Part shown: positions 14,201 through 26,552 of the stretch, piece after piece
Layout: each line of letters starts with the position of its first letter
Numbering within the stretch: position 1 is the first letter of the stretch
Source of the DNA: Callorhinchus milii
Taxonomy: Eukaryota
Assembly: GCF_018977255.1 (NCBI RefSeq)
Contig: NW_024704742.1
Coordinates: forward strand, 121,336,001-121,400,000
Length of the DNA: 64,000 bases
Direction of reading: 5' to 3'
Made by a program: the position numbers and the translations under genes
The notes under the pieces: model-generated
Database searches by the model: none
Told to the model about the DNA's origin: nothing
What the model saw: only the letters and a program-made list of their open reading frames with translations

Positions 14201-14910
14201 CCGAATGTGCAGTATTCTATATTCTGTTCGGGAGCAATGCAGTGTCCTGAAATTGGTTATCAGTATCTTATCTTTGCTAGGAAATCTGGGATTTTCACAC
14301 TGATGCATCAGATACAATAATCTGTGCTTGTCTTTATGCCTCTATATTAAAAAAAAGTTGTGATTTATGTTTACAGTAAAGTGCTTTGAGGTGTTCTCAC
14401 GACGTGAAAGGCACTCATGATCTTAGAAAGTGGTGGAACAGGTTCGATGGGCTAAATGGACTACTCTTGCTCCTATTTTTGTACAACATAACACAGAGCT
14501 GTTATGGCTGGCTATTAATACAGAGGTGGGGAAGAAACCTATTTCTCAGGCCAAACAGTTAGTCTCTGGAGTCAATGCTGCCATCTCATTCACTGTTGCT
14601 GAAGGCAAGACTTCCACTGTTAGATGCAATAATGAAAAACAACATTAAATGGAGCTGACCTAAATGTTTCTGAAGCTGCAGGCAAAGGATAAATCCAGGG
14701 TGTCTCTTCATGCACAAGTATGTAAAAATCATTATTTACCCAATGGTCCACTTTCACTTTGAAACTGAAAAGCGATTCAAGGAATCAGTTCTTACGCACT
14801 GGCCTTCTATTACGTAATTTACCTACACAACAATGTCCTGCTGCTCCGTTTATTAAAAAAAATCACTGACATTTGTGCATTGATTATAGCCACTCGCAAC
14901 CTGAACTCAC

Positions 14911-15138
14911 AAAAGGCAAAACACTGCAGATGCTGAAAACCTGAAACAAAAACAGAAGTCGCTGGGAACACTCAGCAGGTCAGGCAGCATCTATGGAGAA
15001 AGGAAAGTGAGTTAATGTTTCAGGCCGCTGACGAGTTCTGATGAAAGATCATCAACCTCAAATGATGGTTAATTCACTTTCCCTCTCTCCAGAGATGCTG
15101 CCTCTCCTGCTGAGTGTTCCCAGTGACTTTTGTTTTTA
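14911..15138. mobile_element. Penelope-associated inverted-repeat element with about 68 bp arms
   Basis: 14948-15015 is the near-perfect reverse complement of 15069-15137. Resembles the abundant shark repeat gctggaaatactcagcaggtcaggcagcatct (from memory). Confidence 0.7.
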
Positions 15139-16564
15139 TGCCTGAAATCACAAGTTGTCTCTAACCTCAGAAATGTCAAGACTGGCTCAGTTTACTGCAC
15201 AAAAGAAACTTCACAAATTCATTCACCGAGGACTAGGAAGTGCTAATTGTGCTGTCTCTCTGCAGATATCAGTATGAACAATGTGAAAAAAAAGTATCAT
15301 CACAACTGTGGTAGCTAAATATGCACTAACACGTGACAGAATACATAGACATATTCTGAAGTCTTAGATTATTGGGTTTCAGCAGAGAAATGTGTTTGGA
15401 TCAAAATCCACGGGCCATAAATAGACATTCTCTCCTTGGTACAGCAAACAGTTTGTGAAAACGTTTCGGTGGGATTCTCATTTGCCGTCTTATGTTACCA
15501 TTTTGCCATTTGAAACAATGAACAGGATCGTGCACCAAAACCCCACACAGAAACCTCCAGAGTCAAGGGTAAAGGGGGAAATGGGAAAAAAAAGCCAGCA
15601 TTTAGCATGATTCCCTCCTCACCGTGTACTCCCACAGTGAGTAGCTCCCACAGTTAGGTCACGGGCCACTTTCACAAGAAAATTCCCTCGCAGACTGAGA
15701 TGTGAAATATGGAATTTCACCTCTGTTTTAAACATACAAATCAACAATTGCACATCCACAGCAATATTTATTTTGAGAATGAGAGAAAAATGCTGTTCAA
15801 TCCTTGAAATCATCCTTCATAAGCATTTCAGATTGGTTCTCCGCTAAAGTTCAACAACCACTTGCACTTAAATAGTGCCCTCCACGTAGGTAGCGTTTAG
15901 AGCGTTTAAATGTATACAGTTCGTCCACAACATATATAGTCAACTCACTTTACAGTATATTCGGTGAAGAGTTTGGAGACGTCTCAACAACGTGATAAGG
16001 CGATATATTAAATGCAAGATTATTATTATTATGATTAATAATAAAGTTTAGGCTATTTTACTGAACTAGTACTGAGGAGACTTGAAAAAAACTGTTTGAA
16101 AAGGCCCCATGTTTGTCTTCAAACACAAAGTCACTACACTCCACAGTAAATTCTGTGCAGAGCTTTGAGATGTTTCAACAACATCATGAGGTGGTAGATC
16201 AAGTTTTTTTTTATTTTTAGCAATTGCTTAAAATTGAAGCATTTACCCAAGAATAGTTCAATTCTAAGCACTTCATTTCTGTATGTAAATATAATCGGAA
16301 AATTGAGCCGTCTTCAGTTCTGTTCTACCGTTTTGTCCCTTTCTCTAATTTCACTTTCTAAACATTTGAATACTGAAAAGACAGCTGCAGATTAGCAGCA
16401 CATAGTTTTGCACAACCAGTATAAAAATGTATTCACTTTATGGAATAATACAGAAAGTCACAGGACTAATCCTACAACATTTGAATAGCACCTTTCATGT
16501 CGGGAGGTCGTCCGTAAAGACACCTGAACCAGTGCCCATTTTAACTTGCTGTCTAAGTGCCCAT

Positions 16565-16930
16565 GTGTCAGCCTGGCTCAGTTAGTAGCACTCTGCGTGA
16601 GTCAGAAAGTTATGGGTTGAAGCTCCATGCTGAGGTGCTGTTCTTTGAATGAGATACCAATTTGAGGTCCCATTGCCAGTTCAGGTGAACGTTAAAGATC
16701 TCAGGGCATTATTTTCAAAGAGAAGGGACTCTCTCCCGGTGTCCTAGCCAACACTCCTCAAAATAAAACAAATGGTCATTCACTTCATGGCTGTTTATGG
16801 GACATTGCTGTGCATAAACTGGCTGCCGCATTCACCTACAAAATACAGTCACTACACTTTGCAGTGAATCCCGTCAGTCTCCAGGGAAGTCCTCCTGACA
16901 AGAAATATCCTGTAATATAAATGCAATGTT
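16565..16930 (+). mobile_element. Older SacSINE1-like Deu SINE, near full length
   Basis: A-box tggctcagttagtagc, B-box-like gggttgaagctcc, Deu core gttaaagatctcagggcattatt...ctcccggtgtcctagccaac...gggacattgctgtgcataaactggctgccgc, L2-like tail. Confidence 0.8.
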
Positions 16931-17737
16931 TCTTATTTGTAAGAAACCAATGAACTCAATGCAGTAGTAGAGTTAGGAGTGCTCAAATCTTAGGCCTCTG
17001 GGATTCAAACTTCCGTGCTGTGATTAGCCACTTTGTAGTTTCTTAATGAGTTCACTGGATTGAACATGTGAAAGCCAAAACAATGGGTAAGGCAGTCCTA
17101 ACAGAGGAGAGTTGTGCTGCATGGTTACCATCCATATATTATAAGCTGTACCCATTGCAGCTATGCTTGCAACCAAAAGATCCAATATGGAATGTAGATT
17201 GACACACAGACAGACAGAGGACTCCTGTGGGAGGACTTTGTTCTTCAGTTTCATTTGTTCTTTGTTTCATGGGTCTGCTCTCTTGTCTAGCATCTTTACT
17301 TATCCTTGAAAGGTTTGATTTTCACTTAGGCATCTTTATAATAATAAATATAAATGTATAACTTATAATCACTGGGACTCCTCCCAACATGAAAGGTGCT
17401 TTGAAAATGTTATTTTTTTTGTTGTTGCTGCGGCTTAGCTTTGTCTGTATTCTTTATTTTGTTCCTGCCGCTTGGCTATGTGCGTGCTCTGTGACACAGG
17501 ATGCCGCAGTGCCATGGTCAGCTGGTGCAGCCACCAGGTATAATTGCAGCGAAAAACTGAAATAACTCATAAACGATAGGAGATACCCAAAAACAAATAT
17601 GCCCATGTCATTCCCTTTTCGCTGTAGTATAAATCATGTCTTTACATGGTTATTAAGATCCTTCTTGAAGCACAGGCAGTCTTTGTCATTTTATTAGTAT
17701 AGAAGAAGAAATAGTAATATAGTCCTTACATTCAGTA

Positions 17738-17887
17738 GTAATAATAATAATCCTTGCATTTGATGTAGCGCTTTTCACGTCTCTAGATGTCTCAAAGTGC
17801 TTCACAGAATATACTGAAGTGAATTGACTGTGTATTTGTGGGCAAAACGCAGCAGCCAATGTACACAGCAGTGTCCCACAAACAGTC
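17738..17887 (-). mobile_element. 5'-truncated young SINE
   Basis: (taa)n tccttgcatttg...gtgtcccacaaacagtc. Confidence 0.85.
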
Positions 17888-18204
17888 TTTAGTATGCCTC
17901 CTTTCACATCAAGAGGCTGTCTCAAAGCAGTTCATAAGATATACTGTCAAGGAGAGTGACTGTATTTTGTCGGTGAATGTAGCAACCGATTTGTTCAGAG
18001 CAAAAAAGCCTTAAAATAAATCCCACAAACAAAAACAAGTGGCATTTATACAACTGCCTTCATGCAGGGTGAGAAGCCATGAAGTGAATACATAGTTTTA
18101 ATGGGTGATTGTTGGCCAGGTCACCACAAGAAATTGCCTTGCCTTTTTGAATAGTGCCACTGGATCTGTAATGTTACACCCGAACAGGCAGGTGGGACCT
18201 TGGT

Positions 18205-18655
18205 TTTTTGGGTCCCCATTCCCCAGAGGATCGAGTTCAAGATCCTCGTCCTCACCTTTAAAGCCATCCATGGCCTTGCCCCCTCCTACCTCTTTGACCT
18301 GCTGACTCCCTACCAACCTGCCCACTTCCTCCACTCATCAGGCTCTGGCCTGCTCCATGTTTCCCGCCCGACCTGCCCTATCATTGGTGGCGGACTTTCA
18401 GCCTCTCTGCCACAACAGACTCTGGAACTCCATCCCACGGTCCCTTCGCCTTGGCTTCCTCCCTTGCCTCCTTCAAAGCCGGTCTCAAGACCCTTCTCTT
18501 CGACCGTGCCTTTGGTCGCCCTCCAACCTTTCTACCTTCCCTCACCCCTACATCACCCCTCCCCCATTCTCAGGCCCCAACACCTGACTGTTCAGCACTT
18601 TGGGACATCCTCCCTACATGAAAGGCACTCTGTAAACGCAATTTTGTTGTTGTTG
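18205..18655 (+). mobile_element. L2 LINE 3' fragment inserted into an older minus-strand Deu SINE (about 17930-18735)
   Basis: Translates PIPQRIEFKILVLTFKAIHGLAPSYL and ends in (ttg)n. SINE sequence resumes after the tail; ttggttt occurs on both sides. Confidence 0.85.
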
Positions 18656-18980
18656 GTTTAACATCTCATTTGAAGGACGGCAGCTCCAATACAGTACACT
18701 CCTAGCACTGCAATGGCGTGTCAGCCTAGATTATTTTCATATTATTATATATTAATTGCTACCTGGTCTCTAACCTACAAAAAAAATCTACCTTCAAATT
18801 TAAGGCCGTTCAGAATTGGGGGAAATTATTTAATTCAGTTCTGATTTGGAAAATGTTTTTCAGCAGGTCTTAAAAAGTATCAGCTTTCCAATTAAGAATT
18901 TTCCATGATGCAGGGTCTTAATTTTTTTAAGCACAATGTTCTTACAGACCAAGACTATGTGGAATATCAGGCCTCTAGCA

Positions 18981-19846
18981 CAGTGTTGTTCAAACGAAAT
19001 CGCTAACCAGTGACAGGTATGGCTACGGTGAAACTGTTTTAGCTACATGGACCAATTTTAGTAGGAAAAAAGCCTTAAATACAAGCAACAGGTAAATGAA
19101 TTTCACATGTATGTTTACGAAACAAATATCTATCACGGATCAATGCAAAACTTTTGCAGTTTTGCTCTTTCACCAATTTGGCAGGCTCCTGTTGCTTTCA
19201 CCTAAAACCTGGGCAGAAACACCAGATTTCAGCAACAATATTGTATGGAGTGGGGAGCTGTCAATCGTGGTCAGCTTGATCAATCAGAATAACTGCTCCA
19301 GGCCAGCAGAAGAAAGCCCAGCCAATAACAAACAGCTCCAATAGGGCATATCAAGGCAAAGGGCAAATATCATCTAACCACATTCTGCAAGGCATGTTAG
19401 CATTTTCACCCGTATTACCATTTTAGCAGATAACGAATAAGCAGTAACTAAGGAAGTAAAGCACAAGCACAACATTCAAAAAAACAGTTTTTGGTCTTAC
19501 CATTTTATCAACAAATGCACAAAAAACATCAAAGTACATATGCGTACACGAGTATGTGAATACAAGTTTTGAGATCACATGCCCAACAACTGTATTACAG
19601 TAAATCTCACATAAGTCGTATTAGTTGGAAACATACATTTAATGTGATTTGTGCAAAGTATGAGTTATGTCAAATATGCATAGAACACAAATTCTTGAAC
19701 AGGACATAGGCAGATGTACAACTTGGAATTATACAGATCAGACTTATGCAAGTTTTACTGTACTCATTTTTTACTTACTAATCAAAAATGCAATTTAGCC
19801 ACAATTAGCCATATACAGCTGGTGGCTGATGTATTGGACAACTCTG
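18981..19846. mobile_element. Non-autonomous hAT-Charlie (MER3/Charlie1-like) DNA transposon
   Basis: TIRs cagtgttgttcaa and ttggacaactctg (11/13 match); 8 bp TSD ctctagca/ttctagca fits the Charlie NTCTAGAN-type target. Confidence 0.75.
19598..19760. mobile_element. Tigger/pogo-like MITE nested in the hAT element
   Basis: TIRs cagtaaatctcacataagtc and gacttatgcaagttttactg (17/20 match), flanked by TA on both sides. Confidence 0.8.
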
Positions 19847-21457
19847 TTCTAGCACATAAACATAAGCCAATCCAATGTCCGAAATGCTGAGGTAATTCCA
19901 TTTTTGCCTCTTACCAGAGATTTGGCTTCTGTTATTTAAATCATCACAGACACCCTTCTCGTTCAGTAAGCATCTCTGATCACAACAGTATTGTTACACA
20001 AACTGCTTATTGTTCACCAAAGCTTCAGACCACCCAGGCACCATGTTGGAATTGCTGCTTCTCCACATTAAGACACAGAATGAGAAGGGATTATAGGTCA
20101 GCTGTGCTGAACTAGCCAGCAGCTGCAGTTGGTTAAATTGTCATCAAAATCATTGCAAAAGAGCCTTAAAATAAATCTTTCCAAATGCCATTTCGCAATG
20201 ATATAGGAATATTTAAACTAGCTCTAAATTTATTAAGGATCCTCACTCCTAAATTAAGTGTTTAAGTGGCAGTCGCGCATAAGGCAACATGATCTGTGAC
20301 CACATCTGCACAAACTCCTGTGTAGGGCACAAATAGATTAATGTTTATTGCAGGGAAGATAAACTGTACATTCACTACAGCACAATGCAAAGATCAGACC
20401 AGAAAGGTTCTGTAGCCCAGTGTTTTGTTCATATCAGGCATTTTGGAACTAAATTTAGCATGTGCCTCTTCTCTCTCTCAACAGCTTCAAGCATTTTCAA
20501 GTGGAAGATCAGATGGGAAATCCACCCATTTGGACTGCAAAAAAGCAAAGGTGTCATCAGAATGATTTTCATATTAGGAAACCTAATGTGATAGTAAACT
20601 GAACAATATTCTTTTGTAAATTTCAGTGCCTCTCAGAGAGTGAGAATGAGAGAAATAATAATCCTTGAATTTGATATTATGCTTTATCACGTCATTGAGA
20701 TGTCTCAGAATACATCATAAACAGGATTGACTGTATTTTGTGGGCAAAACATATGAAACATACACACCATTAAGTTTAGGCATAATTCCTAGAATCTGGC
20801 TTGAGGAGTGGCAGTAACCTGGAAGCATGCTTCTGACCTGCACAAGATGCAAGGCCCTTGGAGAAAAGAGAGACTTCATCCCAACAAAATCATGTTCAAT
20901 TATAAAACTGTGCCAATCTGATAATGAAAACAGTCACATTACCAGGGAGCTATTAACAGCCCAAAACCTAGGAGGTCAAAAATGTGATGTGTGATTGTGA
21001 TAATTATCAAGAGTGCCAAATTGTGCAATTTTCAGCAATGCCAACACCATTCTTTTTTGTCAAAGGGTCAAACGCAGAAATCTCTTCAGAGTCCATTTAT
21101 GAAAGAATGCGCTGTTGTTCACATCGTGAAGTGAGATATTCCAGTTGGCCACTGGCTGAGCAGCTGCAAAAGAAGTCCCTTAAACAATCGACTTTGGGGA
21201 TAAAAACCCCAAAGTTTTACCCCCAAAAATAATGATGTTTTATTATTGAATGGGTTATGAAACTGAGCATTTTTTACCCTTTCTTCTTAACCATACAGGT
21301 TTTCAGAATGTTGTTAGGCAATTTGCTGTGAATTGTGGGAAACCTGGAAGTTATATTAAGGCCATTTGAAAGCATTACCAATCTGTGATAGAGCTTGGTT
21401 TCCCACACATGATCACCATAAAAACAGAGATTTTCTTATTTTTTTATCCAGTTTGTA

Positions 21458-21504
21458 GAGGGTTGATGGTGGGAGGAGGGTTGATGGTGGGAGGAGGGTG
21501 GGGA
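21458..21504 (+). repeat. 18 bp G-rich tandem repeat (gagggttgatggtgggag) x2+
   Basis: Seen directly. Confidence 0.8.
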
Positions 21505-22426
21505 AAATGGGAGACATGGAGATGAAAACTACAGTAGAACCCTGTATAATGAGTTTGTTTATAATGCAAACTTGCATATAATGCAAATGGGTCATGGACT
21601 CTGACTTTTTTTGTAAACTTAATAAATTGGAAATCCTAGCATCATGTCATTGGCAGTGATGTCACCGGGCACGTGATCAGCTGAGGTTGCGATGCAGAAC
21701 ACGGATTGTCAGTCGCTCTCGATGGCGCCCTATTATAAGGCGGGCTGGAAACTATGTCCCCATCCTCACTACAAAAACAACATCCTTCAGGCAGGATAGC
21801 GCCTCAGAGAGTTGTTATTCAACAAGATAAGAATTTTACCAGCCAATTCCCCAATGGACAAATAAATAAACCAAGTTTCCACCACAGCATTTCTTCATTT
21901 GTTGATCTGAAACACACCGAGAATTAGAATTACATTGGTCGTGCAAACTTGTTGACATTGAATTAATCAGTGTTCAGTGAAACAAATTTATAAAATCAAT
22001 TGGCTCAGCATTGGGACATTAATATGCAGTAAGCGACTGTAATTTACATAAACTTTTCAATACAAAATTCATTCTATTCCATCTTAAATTAGTCAATTCA
22101 CACAAGAACTCAGCCAATGAGAAGGCAATATAATTAAGGAATAAACAACTGTTTATTCAGTTGTTGAAGGAAAGTCCCCTCCACATCACTTTCCAAAAAC
22201 AGCCAGAACTCAATTCCACAGAGATGCGATTTAAAAACAAAGTTATATTAATGGATTGCTGACCAACTGAATACTTTGGGATTTAGTATGAATGGGTGTT
22301 AAGATTCCCCTAGGCAGCACAGCCAGTCCCTAAACAATCTGCTTCCACCTCAACATTTGCCATTGTTATTTAATTTTAAGAAACAAAAGTCTGAAGCAAT
22401 TTGGTTGTGTCATAATCTCTCAGATA

Positions 22427-23581
22427 GTTGCAAGCTTGGTTTGTGGGGCTATTCAACAATAAGAACTTAGACTGATAGCACCCTTCACACGGAGTAGCGT
22501 CAACTATTCTGCAGATCTTTACAATGGTACACTTTCATGTGTTTTTTTTGGTGGGGGGTGGTGGGGGAAGAAAGAGAAAGAGAAAGCAATTGGCCGCTAC
22601 TCAGCCAGCAGTGCTGAATTTGTACCCGAAGGGACAGGTGCAACAGTTGGGAGCCTGTGAGGGCACTTTAAAGGTACACCCACAAAGTTGCACATAGTAG
22701 TACTAATTTCTAACAGTATTTTGTTTGCTTTTTTAAATAAATAAAAATACCACCTCTCTACAAGGTGAAGAAATAGAAATCTTACTTGAAAAAAGTCGCA
22801 TCCATTTGAAAGCTATTTTTTAAAAAAGATTTAATAGCTCATCGACCAACAAATGGGCAAAGGCACCACATAGGCCAGAAAGTGACAGGTTTGAATCCTA
22901 ACCTCTGCTGAGATATCTTAACCCCTCTGGGGCAGCAGTTAGCCTGCTCAGCTACACATTTCTCCACCCCTTCCCACCAACCAAGTGGTGGGTAGGGGGA
23001 AAAGAAATACATAGCTTACGGCTGAAATGACCCATCAAGAATATAGTAATAATAATCCGCATTTGATATAGCGCCTTGTGTTGTTGAAACGTCTCAAAGC
23101 ACTTCACAGGATATACTGTAAAGTGGATTAACTGTATTTTGGGGGCAAATGTGGAAGCCAATAGTGCACCCAGCAGTGCCTTGGGACGTCCTCCTGACGT
23201 GAAAGGCACTTTATAAATGGAATCTTGTTGTTGTATCTTGTTGTATACTACAAACAGTACAAACAGCCCTGTGGCCAGTTTTATTTGGGGGATTTGTTGG
23301 CCAGGACACCGGGAAAAACTCCCTTCTCTTTTTGAATAGTGCCCTGGGATCTTTAACATCTACCTGAATAGGCAGATGGGACTTCGATTTAATGACTCAC
23401 TCGAAGGATAGCACCTCCGACAATGTAACAGCCAGTCGCAAGTTCGGTTTGTGGGGCTATTCAACAACATACATTGATAGCACCTTTCACATGGGATAGT
23501 GTCAGCTATTCAGCAGATCTTCACAATGGTACACTTTCATGTTTTGGAGGGGGGGGCTGGAGAGGGGAAAGAAAGAGAAGC
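22427..23581 (+). repeat. Pair of diverged ~150 bp direct repeats (22427-22587 and 23435-23581)
   Basis: Both read gcaag...ggtttgtggggctattcaacaa...tgatagcacc.ttcaca...gcagatctt.acaatggtacactttcatgt...gaaagagaa. Confidence 0.85.
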
Positions 23582-26202
23582 CTATTCCAGGGTCATTATT
23601 CCCAGCCAACACCCCAACAGACTTGCCGTATAGTATATTACAACCATCTGGTTCCTGCAGGGCGCTTTGATAAACAGAAGCTGAACATACACTTCTGCAA
23701 CAGCTGTGGTCAAAATTTTAATTAGAGTCTTTTGGTTAAATCTGAACTCCCCTGAAAAGGGCAAGATATTATTTTCCATATTTTTTCCAAGAGAGAAATG
23801 GAATGGAAATAGCGCGCCACAGAGTTGACTCAGGCTCAAATACGGCAATGGATTCCCACGCTGACTCAAAACCTTCAGTGCACTTTGGTCCCTGTTGAAC
23901 TCAAACACGCTCTACAGAAATGTACTCTGAATGGGTCGACTCAGTGCTCAGCCACCGCACCTGCATTTTGAGCCCGATTACTAATTGCTTACTAATCTCA
24001 TTTCACACAGAGCTCTAAATGTGCCCGAACGCCAGATAGAACAATTATAATGTAATTAACAGTTATTCTTGTCAATTAATGGAAATTTACTTAATATCAG
24101 TTTCTTCTTTTAAAAAAAAGTTCTGCACTGAAATTTCCAGTCATTGTGAACAGCTGTTACAGGAAGTCTGGAGACGACACAGACTTGCTCAATGAAACAG
24201 TCAGCATTTTCCTGCAGACCAACCACTGCATAACTTTGTACGTTCATCTCATACACTGCTCTGCTGCAGTTAGAGAGCCGTTTGAAGACTAAAGAGGTGC
24301 CAATGAAGGAATTATCAAGCATTTGTCACCAGATGGGATAGCCAATGCTACAGCACACATGAGTGGTGTTATTTCTAAAAGGCATTTACATTTACATACA
24401 GTGAAAACTTTAATTTTGCACAATGTTAAATACAGTTTCAAATATGATCTGCCTTACCATACAGTACAGATCACCAAATCAGTGGTGGTAATTAATTATT
24501 CAAGTCACAAAATTCATGGAATTTATTAACAAATCCTCTTGGCCCCGACCATCTCATTCAACCCCGTTCCACCATCTCGGCCCTAACACAGTAACACGCC
24601 AACGCTTAAAAAAAGGAAACAAAGTGATGCAACGGAACTACAAATATGAGTGTCCCTCACTCATCTCTCACTGAGTAACACAACCGTAAAAAGGTAGACG
24701 ACGAAACCATTCCAAAATATACAGATAAATTCAGCTTCCATTACTCATTTTCAACAATGAAGAATGAAAGGCATATATATACACCTTATAAATTTATATA
24801 AAAGATGGCTTCTGTTTACAGATATAACCGATTTATGTTTTAATAGAAACAATCTAAAATCTCAAGCAATTCTCTTCACAGAAAGTAGTTTTTAACTACA
24901 ACATGGGCTGAAAACCTATAGAGAACCTACTACAATGTTTCAGTTTTCAAAGTTACGTCCTTTTTTTGTTTGAAAGGGGAAAGTGCAGTTTTCAGGAGTG
25001 AGTGTGGAAACAAAATCCTTCACATCATCAGAATAATTTCCATCTTAGTGGATCCACAAAGCTATAGCAATGTCAGAACAATCTTACCGGAAGTTCTGTT
25101 TCATATCAAAACATTACATCAGAATTAAGAGTGCAAATAAATCGAGACCAAACCCCTACCCAAATAAGAAAAACACATATGTGCGCATGCACATGGACAC
25201 ACAAACACACTTTATATTATACGTGTGTGGTCTTCAAGGTCTCCCTGTGGAAACCTTGGTGTATTATAGCAGTTGGACTGTTGGATCATGCCACATGGCC
25301 ATAAAGCACAGCTGCACCCAATTCCTGTTTGTATAGCTCCAGTTCCTCATAGCCCTGGGTTTAGAAACAAATCGACCAGAGGTTAAAGTCAAACACAGAT
25401 GCATTACATTTCTAGTTGCAAAATAGGTTTCCCATAATTCGGTATGTAGACACCTGTTTTTTAACTGCCTTTGAGGTCATACAATACAGGGCTCAAGCTG
25501 GCAACAGACACCACAATGCGGGGTACCACCTGCATTACAACAGCCAGCAGTTCACATTCCACCACCACCCCACCACCACCCACCCTTACAAGCAGCAATC
25601 CAAACAGAGATGTCTGGAGCAGGTGGTAGAAATTTAGCCCTTCTACCTTTCAGAGAGGAAAAACAAACTGAAAGAAAGGAGATGTACCCTTGCCTTTTGA
25701 AAGGCTATACAGGTACAGACTGCTGTAACACGATTATACTTTTACTCTGAGCTGAAGCTAGTTAAAAACATTATACCTCATACGTTCAGCACTGACTCAC
25801 ACACAAGGCAGATTACTCACCATAGTATTCCTCCCCTCTGCAACTAAAGGGTCACCTGGTTCACTCCTCATCTGTCCAATGGACCAGATAAGTTATTTAC
25901 AATTTTTTTTAATTGGAGGTCCTATTCAATAGCTTATTGTACAACATTCTAAAAATCAGAGGAATGGGTGATCCCAAGAAGCTCTTACAGGAGCTTCCCT
26001 GTTGCGTGCTCAACTTTATTTTTCTCAGCTGATCTACTTGATGAGTTCCAATTAAAATAATAATTATCCTTGCATTTAACAGATGGATTAAATGCAATTT
26101 AATAATTTGTTATTAATGGATTTGCTTGTGTCTTTCATAGATGGATATCTCAATGTGCTTCATAGGATTTCAAGTGAAGTGACTGTATCTTGTAAGTGAT
26201 CC

Positions 26203-26552
26203 TAATAATCTTTACATTTGATGTAGCACCTTATCGCGTCTTTGAGATGTCTCAAAGTGCTTCACAGAATATACTGTAAAGTGAATTGACTGTATATTTT
26301 ATAGGCAAAATGCGGCAGCTAATTGCGCGCAGCTGTGTCCCAAACATTCATGGATTGAGTGAACAAATTATTATTATTTTTAAGGGATTATTACCCCCGG
26401 AAAAGTGACCCGCTAATCGACTAACAAACGGGTTCCTACTTTTTGCTAGGTAAACAGAAGCGTGTGGAGTAAGGAAACTTGCCCAACATTTCACCCGGCC
26501 TGGGAATCAAATTCAGGTCGTCTCGCTTGTGAGGCGAGTGCTCTAACCACTG
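26203..26552 (-). mobile_element. tRNA-derived SINE, long form (CAC anticodon loop)
   Basis: Reverse complement has cactcgcctcacaagcgag and the extra gtttacctagca...gtaggaac segment. Confidence 0.88.
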
